From a virus (lineage: Duplodnaviria > Caudoviricetes): a stretch of DNA of 25,482 nucleotides. Of the stretch, positions 16,741 to 24,100 are shown piece by piece. A program made the translations under genes and the position numbers. Numbering within the stretch: the stretch's first letter is position 1; each line of letters opens with the position of its first letter. The stretch lies in IMG/VR virus record IMGVR_UViG_3300032272_000066, positions 1 to 25,482 of that record; one strand, 5' to 3'. Below the pieces are notes generated by a model. It was given only the letters and a program-made list of their open reading frames with translations, had not been told where the DNA came from and did no database searches.

Positions 16741-17037
16741 ATGATTAAAAAAATTATCTTTTGGTTTAAAAAACACTTTCGAAGATTTGTTCATTCTCGT
16801 AGAATGATCAAAGCTCAAAAGAAATTAGAAATTTCTTTTAAAGAACAATTAATTGCTAGAAAACAACTCAGAAAAGATATCAATAAATTTCTTAGAGTTT
16901 TTTTTGGTGTAGATGCACATTCCTTATTTATTCCTAAAGACTTCAAAAATAATGAAGAAGTTAAAGTTGCCATTATAGATAAGTTTGGAGATACAATGAA
17001 TAGTCTAAATGTTTCATACAACGATCTATATAAATAA
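16741..17037 (+). CDS. Hypothetical basic protein (98 aa)
   Basis: Translationally coupled within the operon. Confidence 0.7.
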   Translation: MIKKIIFWFKKHFRRFVHSRRMIKAQKKLEISFKEQLIARKQLRKDINKFLRVFFGVDAHSLFIPKDFKNNEEVKVAIIDKFGDTMNSLNVSYNDLYK

Positions 17038-17906
17038 TGAGTCAACCAACACACCATATAATAGAAATACCAAAAAAAGGAATTAAAAGATATATACCAA
17101 AAGAGCTAGCTTTTTGCAATGCTAAAGAATATAGCGCAATGTGTGGCCTTATATTTAAATGGCAAAATGGTACAATCAATTATGAAGAGCTAAGAGTACA
17201 GGCTGTTTATAATTTAATGGGCTTAAAACAAGGAAATCGCAAAATTAATGAACTAGAAAACGAAATATTCTTATCTAATGTTTATGAAATTTCAAAACTA
17301 ATCGATTCTTTTTTCAGACCAGCCTCAAAGGAAGGGTTGATCATCAACCAAAACTATACAAATAATCACTGTCCAACAGTACGCCCAATATTTAAAAAAC
17401 TGTATGGACCAAAAAATGAATTTGAAAACACAAGCTTTGGTCAGTATGAAGATGCTCTAAATTTGTTTCATATGTATTATGAGCATCCAAAGAAGGAGTT
17501 ATTGTATAGGTTGTTTGCAACCTATTACCTGTTCAAGGGCGAGCAGTACGACCAAAATAAAGTAGAGAAAAAAACAAAGCTATTAAAGCTCATAGATTTT
17601 AATATCATCTACGGTTTTTTTATGTTCTTTGGAAGCTTTCAAATTTACCTAACAAGTTCAACAGTGTATTATGAGGGTAAGCCAATAGACCTATCCATAC
17701 TTTTTAAAGAACCAAAAAACAAAAGCCAAAGCATTATTCCAGGACTAGGCACTAAAAGTCTAGCTTATCAATTAGCAGAAAGCGGTGTGTTTGGCGATTT
17801 AAAAAACCTACGAAAAGAAAACCTTTGGGAAATTCTATTAAGACTATATGATATTACCAAAAGAGATCTAGATCACGAAGCAAAAGAAAAAGTAAATTCA
17901 CAATAG
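17037..17906 (+). CDS. Hypothetical protein, possible tail assembly chaperone
   Basis: 289 aa; C-terminal LAESGVFG..NLWEILLRLY. Function inferred from position only. Confidence 0.6.
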   Translation: MSQPTHHIIEIPKKGIKRYIPKELAFCNAKEYSAMCGLIFKWQNGTINYEELRVQAVYNLMGLKQGNRKINELENEIFLSNVYEISKLIDSFFRPASKEGLIINQNYTNNHCPTVRPIFKKLYGPKNEFENTSFGQYEDALNLFHMYYEHPKKELLYRLFATYYLFKGEQYDQNKVEKKTKLLKLIDFNIIYGFFMFFGSFQIYLTSSTVYYEGKPIDLSILFKEPKNKSQSIIPGLGTKSLAYQLAESGVFGDLKNLRKENLWEILLRLYDITKRDLDHEAKEKVNSQ

Positions 17907-17907
17907 T

Positions 17908-18360
17908 ATGAGCAAAATTAATTGGTTTAAAGATTATCTTAAGGAAATTCAAGATGATTGTCCTGAAATTAATAAAAACAAATTAGTGGTTGATGATAGT
18001 CAACTCACAAATTATTTAGGGAGTCACAAACGGGCTGATAATATTATGCTAATTGGTGTGCTTCCGGAGTTTGGAGCTAATGCTACAAATCCAGACAATT
18101 TTTTATTAAGAGGCTCAACACTGCTTATGGTGTTAGAAAAAACAAACTATTCTAATGAGAACTATGATAGTTACTTTCAAATATTTGAAAACACATATAT
18201 TGTAGCTGAAAAAATAGTTAAAAAACTATTGTCAGATGCCACAAGGGGTTGTACTTACTTACGTTATTTACAACCACAAAGCATTCAGGTTGTACCAGTA
18301 TGGAACAAATCAGAATGCGAAGGCTGGAGCATTCAATTTAATTTTGATGCCACATTATAA
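17908..18360 (+). CDS. Hypothetical protein, possible tail terminator/completion protein
   Basis: 150 aa, alpha/beta pattern ending GWSIQFNF, size typical of tail terminators. Confidence 0.55.
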   Translation: MSKINWFKDYLKEIQDDCPEINKNKLVVDDSQLTNYLGSHKRADNIMLIGVLPEFGANATNPDNFLLRGSTLLMVLEKTNYSNENYDSYFQIFENTYIVAEKIVKKLLSDATRGCTYLRYLQPQSIQVVPVWNKSECEGWSIQFNFDATL

Positions 18361-18377
18361 AGTCGTATATTAACCGA
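18360..18377 (+). promoter_or_regulatory. Operator overlapping a -7-like box upstream of the small HTH-like gene
   Basis: AAGTCG-TATATT-AACCGA has the same half-sites and spacing as AAGTCG-GTTAAA-AACCGA at 13717-13734. Confidence 0.55.
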
Positions 18378-18391
18378 CAAATAATGTAGTT

Positions 18392-18562
18392 ATGACTGAA
18401 GCACAAATAGACGAGGCTATTGAACAAATACTAAGGTCTAAAGAACTTAAAGCAACATTAGGTATTACTAATAAGGTTGCTTATGATGTTAGAAACAGGT
18501 ATAAAAGAATGGCAAAGCTTGACATTCTATTTAAAGCAGGTAAGCTAAAAATTATTACATAA
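18392..18562 (+). CDS. Unannotated 56-aa HTH-like protein (putative small repressor)
   Basis: MTEAQIDEAIEQILRSKELKATLGITNKVAYDVRNRYKRMAKLDILFKAGKLKIIT. SKELKATLGITNKVAYDVR looks like a helix-turn-helix. Stop is 2 nt before the next ATG. Confidence 0.7.
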   Translation: MTEAQIDEAIEQILRSKELKATLGITNKVAYDVRNRYKRMAKLDILFKAGKLKIIT

Positions 18563-18564
18563 TA

Positions 18565-18954
18565 ATGAACCTACTCGACAAACGTAAATCACCAAATAAC
18601 GAAGAATTGCTTCAGCAACGCTTTATTGCAAGAATTTTACGTGAAGAAGGTGGCAACATTGACCAGGAACAAATTAAAACAATGGTATCCAGAGGCTTCT
18701 CCTCTAGCGATTGGTTTCAAGGAAGATCATTTAGTGTTAATGACACAATCCTATCATATGAACACTTAAAAAAACATAGATTTGTTGATATGTCTACAAG
18801 ACAAACCAAAAACGGTAAAATTCGTAAAGTCTCTCACCCTATTCACAACCGTATTTTATTTGCTCATGCCAATAATATTGTAAGGCGTCTCTCTTTTGAA
18901 TACACTAGCCGCATGAAAGCCATGATTATGGCAGAATTTCCTTCAAATATCTAA
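18565..18954 (+). CDS. Hypothetical protein, possible neck/tail completion protein
   Basis: Basic 129 aa with HRFVDM and IHNRILF; last gene of the tail-associated operon. Confidence 0.6.
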   Translation: MNLLDKRKSPNNEELLQQRFIARILREEGGNIDQEQIKTMVSRGFSSSDWFQGRSFSVNDTILSYEHLKKHRFVDMSTRQTKNGKIRKVSHPIHNRILFAHANNIVRRLSFEYTSRMKAMIMAEFPSNI

Positions 18955-19069
18955 ATAATATTTTTCGATAAGTTGCATATAAATTCGTTATTAGGTAATG
19001 TATTTCATCGAATAAATGTAAAGTGTTGGTTGTCAGTTAAATATTTTTTGTATAATTACGCTCTTAATT

Positions 19070-19152
19070 TACGGTTTTTCCGTAGTATTTAACAAATACG
19101 TTTTGTGTATAAAAGCATGATTTCGTGATTGTTATAAAAAACTATATATTTA
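19070..19152 (+). promoter_or_regulatory. Promoter of the moron cassette with upstream palindromic site
   Basis: TACGG-TTTTT-CCGTA (19070-19084); -7-like TATATTTA (19145-19152). Confidence 0.55.
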
Positions 19153-19265
19153 ACAAAAGTATTCTCCCTTAAGAATCTTTTTGTTGTAGTTTTTTTCTAC
19201 ACAAATACAATCCATTGCTGCTAATGACTAGGTTTTAGTCGAATGTTTAACTAAAACCCAGTATT

Positions 19266-19421
19266 ATGAAAAAAGTAATCGCAGCAGCATTGGCTGTAAC
19301 CTTATGTACAGTAATAGCTGTAACAACAGTATCATCTGAAAACGAAAACTATGCTGAAATCGACAAATCAAAAGCTAAGCCGCCTAGTCAAAACGGTAAT
19401 GGTACCAATTTCCTCGCATAA
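19266..19421 (+). CDS. Unannotated 51-aa secreted peptide precursor
   Basis: MKKVIAAALAVTLCTVIAVTTVSSENENYAEIDKSKAKPPSQNGNGTNFLA: Sec signal peptide plus short polar tail; A-rich leader tgtttaactaaaacccagtatt. Confidence 0.8.
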   Translation: MKKVIAAALAVTLCTVIAVTTVSSENENYAEIDKSKAKPPSQNGNGTNFLA

Positions 19422-19866
19422 ACGAGCTATTATATCCAAAGTAATTGGAACAGTATTTATAGTCGCGTCTGGAGCATTATTGCATCTGGACGTGATTTTT
19501 GATATTTTAGGACTAACCGTTAATAGCTTTCATGGTTGGCCAGACCAAGACACGTACATTCACTATTTAGGACAAACACTGTGTCCTTTATTTATTATCA
19601 TAGGCTTTTATCTGCGTAATTATTCTCTAGCCTTATTGGTACCACTTTTTTTTATATGCTTACAATTTTTATTCACCACGAACGAGAACATGAAAACAGA
19701 CGATGCTCTCACTTATATTTATGCCTCTGGCTTTCTTGCCATAGTTGTTGTATTAATGTTTGTTGTAAAAATTAGTATGCTAAAACTTGATGAAAGAAAG
19801 AACCAAAAAATTAAAATTATGGAAGAGCTTATTAATTTAGATCAAAAAACAAAACAAGTGTCATGA
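19351..19866 (+). CDS. 4-TM inner-membrane protein with C-terminal cytoplasmic helix (candidate peptide receptor)
   Basis: Four hydrophobic helices. Overlaps the peptide gene (start 19351 or 19399) and the next gene (ATGA). Confidence 0.8.
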   Translation: MLKSTNQKLSRLVKTVMVPISSHKRAIISKVIGTVFIVASGALLHLDVIFDILGLTVNSFHGWPDQDTYIHYLGQTLCPLFIIIGFYLRNYSLALLVPLFFICLQFLFTTNENMKTDDALTYIYASGFLAIVVVLMFVVKISMLKLDERKNQKIKIMEELINLDQKTKQVS

Positions 19867-20159
19867 GCGATAAAAACAACATTGTAGAAGCAGTTGATAA
19901 ACTAAAAACTCAATTTGATAGCAATCAAATATCCGAACCACAATTCAGGACTCAGTTATTAGAACTTTTACAAGAAGTAAACACCTTAAGTGCGGCTGAA
20001 TGGAAAGAAGAGCTCTTGTCTATAGATGAGCCAGAAAAACTTCGCAAAACTTTTACCAATGTGCTAGAGGCATATTTGTTTAGTCCATTTTCTAACAATA
20101 ACAATGAGCGCGTAAATGCACTATTGTTATTTAAGCACATCAAAAAAATATTTTATTAA
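19863..20159 (+). CDS. Small cytoplasmic helical protein (98 aa)
   Basis: Translationally coupled to the membrane protein gene. Confidence 0.75.
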   Translation: MSDKNNIVEAVDKLKTQFDSNQISEPQFRTQLLELLQEVNTLSAAEWKEELLSIDEPEKLRKTFTNVLEAYLFSPFSNNNNERVNALLLFKHIKKIFY

Positions 20160-20174
20160 TATAATTTCATAATC

Positions 20175-20702
20175 TTGAGAAATAAAGCTGTTTTCATTCT
20201 ATTCTCATTATTTTTTATAATAACTCTATCTAGCAATAGTCAAACTAACATTGAAAATGTTGTAAAAGTAGATAGCGCTTCACAACAATCACTGTATCAT
20301 AGAGGTGTTAATTGGGTGGCTACTATTTTTAAAGAGAGTAAAGAAATTTTGGTTTTATCTGATAGTACACAAGGTGTAATTAAGCTTAAACCAAGTTTTA
20401 ACTATAAGAGTAATATTGCTTACGGAAGAGAAACAACATCAAGCTATATTCCATATACTATAGATCTTTATTTAAAAGATGGCAGGTACAAATATATAAT
20501 AGCAAATTTCATACATAAAGATTTTGGCTTAATATCAGATCAAACAGAAAATCCCATCACCTCAAAAAGTCGAGCGGAACAAAAGTGGTCTAATAAAGTT
20601 TGGAAAGATCTTCAGGAAGAAGTCAAAAAACATGTAATTAACATTGAAAGCGCTCTCAGGCTTGCAATGAATAAAAAATCAGAATCAGAAAAAGACTGGT
20701 AA
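20175..20702 (+). CDS. DUF4468-like exported protein (moron)
   Basis: Signal peptide; VVKVDS..QSLY..GVNWVA..F..S..D...G and YTIDLYLKDGRYKY.I.NF.H pattern. Confidence 0.75.
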   Translation: MRNKAVFILFSLFFIITLSSNSQTNIENVVKVDSASQQSLYHRGVNWVATIFKESKEILVLSDSTQGVIKLKPSFNYKSNIAYGRETTSSYIPYTIDLYLKDGRYKYIIANFIHKDFGLISDQTENPITSKSRAEQKWSNKVWKDLQEEVKKHVINIESALRLAMNKKSESEKDW

Positions 20703-20726
20703 TTCACTTTTAATAATCCCATTCCT

Positions 20727-20873
20727 TATATTTACAGTGTCCAACACATAGAGTTTCTTATCAATGATGACAACATGGTCCTCATTATAAGGAAGCAGTT
20801 AGTACTGTAACATAGAGGAAACTCAGGTGTTGGACAGCCTTATTTGAGGGCCTTTGTTTGTATGTCCAACACC
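20727..20873 (+). ncRNA. Putative C4-like antisense RNA / riboregulatory leader
   Basis: -7-like TATATTTA (20727-34); target TGTCCAACAC (20738-47) + GAGTTTC (20751-57). Stem 20777-92/20838-52 encloses the complements GAAACTC (20818-24) and GGTGTTGGACA (20826-36). Second target TGTCCAACACC (20863-73) covers the ATG. Confidence 0.75.
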
Positions 20874-21047
20874 AAAAAAGCGATTTTATTTCGCAATAAA
20901 GAAGACCTGAAATCAATAGAAAAAATTGATATTGATGCAGGCAGTCTCTGGAAATTAAACCAGGAAACAAATCAACTTGTATTAGTTGATGATGATCAGC
21001 ACGTAACGCATGCGTTCGAGAAAAATAATTTTATTAAAGCAACTTAA
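20862..21047 (+). CDS. Small protein (61 aa) under RNA-switch control
   Basis: ATG 20862 (MSNTKKAILF...) overlaps the antisense target; followed by a terminator. Confidence 0.7.
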   Translation: MSNTKKAILFRNKEDLKSIEKIDIDAGSLWKLNQETNQLVLVDDDQHVTHAFEKNNFIKAT

Positions 21048-21052
21048 AATTT

Positions 21053-21076
21053 AAGCCGGTTAACGCTGGCTTTTTT
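21053..21076 (+). terminator. Intrinsic terminator
   Basis: AAGCCGG-ttaacg-CTGGCTT followed by TTTT. Confidence 0.8.
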
Positions 21077-21085
21077 AATGAGAAA

Positions 21086-21126
21086 AAATCACGTCACAAT
21101 TATATAGATAAGCGCACTTTACATTG
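21086..21126 (+). promoter_or_regulatory. Putative late promoter, copy 4 (tape measure operon)
   Basis: AAATCACGTCACAATT (21086-21101) + 16 nt + TTTACATTG (21118-21126); ATG at 21143. Confidence 0.8.
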
Positions 21127-21142
21127 GCTCAAAATTTAAGCC

Positions 21143-24100
21143 ATGGCTAAGCGTATTGTAGACGAAGATTTAAGGTTCAATGTCATTATTAATGGCAATG
21201 AGGCACAGTCACAGCTTTATAAGTTAGAGCAACGCAATCGTTCGCTTACTGACGCTAATAAAAACTTAAGAGCTGAGAGATCTAAATTAGAGGCTCAAGG
21301 AAAAAAGAATTCAAAGGCGTGGAAACAACTATCTACTCAAATAACTGCAAACAATAAAGAGCTTAAACAAAATCGTAGTGAAATGCGTCGTCTTCAAGAC
21401 GAAATTGGTATAACAGGTCTCACGCTTCGCCAATTAGGAAAGAAGGCGTCTTTTTTAAGGCTTCAATTAGCCAATATGTTGCCTAATGATCCTAACAGAA
21501 AAAAGCTAAAAGCAGATTTGATTGCAATTAATAGACAGATGGATAAGATGTCTGTTAAAGCATCTATGGCGCAGTCTGGTATTTCAAAACTTGCAATGGG
21601 CTTCAATAAATATTTTGCGTTAGGAGCTTCAGTAATTGCTACAGGAGCAGGTATTGTGCTTTCGTTACAAAAAATGATTGACTATAACGGGAAGCTTTCA
21701 GATGCACAATCCGATGTTCAAAAAACAACAGGGCTTACTAAAAAAGAAGTTGACGAGCTTACAAAATCATTTGGAGCGCTTAAAACAAGAACAGCGCGTG
21801 TGGAGTTGTTAGAACTTGCAGAAGAAGCTGGGCGTTTAGGCATTGAAGGAGCAAAAAATGTTCAGGATTTTGTGAATACTGCTAATGAGCTTAAAGTAGC
21901 ACTTGGTGACGATTTATCAACTGAGCAAATTCGTGAAGTTGGTAAAATGGCAAAAGTATATGGAGTTGCAGCAAAAAACAATCTTACTTATGCAGAATCT
22001 TTTCAGGCTATAGGTTCTGCAATCAACGAAGTTTCAGCCTCAGGGGAAAATCAAGCAGGCTTTTTGGTCGATTATTTAAAGCGCACAGCTGGTATTAGCA
22101 AACAAGCCAATATCTCAGCCGAACAAAACATAGGGTTTGCAGCAACCTTTGACGAAATTGGAACTAGTGTTGAAATTGCAGGAACTGCAATGAACAAAGT
22201 CCTCCTAGATATGTTTGAGAATTCAAAGGAGTATGCTAAAATAGCCGGAATGTCTGAAAAGGCATTTAATACGTTACTACAATCAGACGCTAATGAAGCC
22301 GTTATAAAATTTCTTGAAGGCTTAAATAAAGGAGGTGAAGGTTTGGCTCCAATGGTAAAACGTCTTGATGAAATTGACGTTGGTGGCACCAGAGGTAAGG
22401 CTGCGCTGACTGCTTTGGCTGGAGCTACAGATTTATTACGTACAAAACAACTTCTAGCTGCAGATGCGCTTAAGCTAAATATATCACTTACAGATGAGTA
22501 CAAATTAAAAAACAATAATTTAGCGGCTTCTATTAAAAAAATACAAAAGCGCCTTATAGGAACTTTTACTTCAGAGAGAGTGGTAAAAGGACTAACAAAT
22601 TTTGTCGAGTGGTTTGCTAAATTTATTGGAGCTAGTGAAGATGCAGACGGAAAAGTAACCAGGTTTCGTAACCGTTTAGTTAATTTGCTTAAAACTATTA
22701 TTATTATTACAGCTGCTGTCTTAGCCTACAGAACAGCAACAAAATTAACAGCATTATGGACTAACAACGCTTATCAAGCAACAAAGCTCTATAATTTAAT
22801 TTTAAAAATAACTTCAGTTACAACCAATGTTTTAAAAGGCGGTACATTACTATTAAAAGCGGCTTACTATTTAGTTACGGGTCAAATTAAAAAAGCTGCA
22901 GCAGCAATGCGCTTGTTTAACATGATCACCAAGCTAAGTCCTATAGGTTTAATTCTAGGTCTTGTTGCGGCTTTAGGTACAGCCTATTTATTGTTTTCTG
23001 AAAACTCTAAAAAAGCATATTCAGCTCAAAAGCAAATGAATGATGCTATTAAAGACGCAAACATTCAAACTGCAGCTGAAGAAAATGCGCTGAGGCAATT
23101 ACTAAAAGTAGCTCAAGATGAAACCAGAACAAAGCAAGAACGTCAAAAGGCAATTGATGAGCTTAACAAAAAAGTTCCAGAGTATAACAATAATCTTTCA
23201 TTAGAAGCTATAAATACAAAAGAAGCTTCAAAACAGCTTGATACTTATATTGAAAAAATCAAAGCTGCAGCACGCGAGAAATTCTTTAAATCTTTAGTAG
23301 ACAAAAAAGCTGAAGAATTAGCAGCAGCAGAAGCATCCTCATTAGAGGATAATCTTAATTGGTGGGACAAAACAGTTGTGACAGTAAAATCCTTTGGAAG
23401 TTTAAGTTTACAGGCAGTAAATTCAACACAAAGAGCATTGAAAAATCAAGCTGAAACGGTTGCTAAACTTAATCAAGAACTTGAAAATGCCAATAAAAAC
23501 TATCAAAAACAAAAAGAATTAAATGGAGATTCTGGTAGTAAGCCTGATGGACCAAATGAAGGTGATACACAGGTAATCAATGGCATTACATTTATTTTCA
23601 AAAACGGAAAATGGAAAGCACTTAAACCAATTGGTGGAGGTGGTTCTGGTGGAAATAAAAAGAAAATCACTCAAGCAAAAAAAGAGGCAGAAGCTTTATT
23701 GAAGCTTCAGAGGGATACTGAGGATAATAGAATTGCATTAATTAACGATGCTTTTGAGCGTGAAATGAAGCAAGCAGAAGCCAATCATCGTCGTAAAATT
23801 GAAGACCTGAAAGCGAAGCTTATTTCTCAATCTGAAATAGACAAAGCTACTAATGCAGGAAATACAGATTTAGCAGCTATTTACACTAAACAAAATAGTG
23901 AAATCCAAGCGCAAATTTTACAACAAGAACAATTGCATCAGCAATCTCTTAATAAAATTTTAGATTCAGGCATTCAAGATCATATCAATAAACAAATTAA
24001 GCAATTCAATCGTGAACAGCAAGAGCGTTTAACAGCTCACAATAATGAATTAGCAGCACTTGGAGAAAATGAGGAGGCAAAAAAGGAGCTCTCAGATAAA

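Noticed and set aside
13840-19039. 19-bp inverted repeat (TAACTGACAACTAACACTT at 13840-13858 vs AAGTGTTGGTTGTCAGTTA at 19021-19039, 18/19 match) flanking the portal-tail operon as a possible invertible segment
   Set aside because: No recombinase in the window, and the sequence resembles IHF/HU-type binding sites common in Bacteroidota intergenic DNA. Two independent binding sites is simpler. Long reads in both orientations would revive the idea.
3110-21101. Recurrent 13-16-bp repeat as a CRISPR repeat or att site
   Set aside because: The copies are kilobases apart, with no spacer periodicity and no cas or integrase gene. Fixed spacing to a downstream TTG box fits promoters.
17037-21142. Lambda G/GT-type programmed frameshift chaperone pair before the tape measure
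   Set aside because: No overlapping ORF pair with a convincing slippery site. The tape measure gene is preceded by morons and its own promoter.
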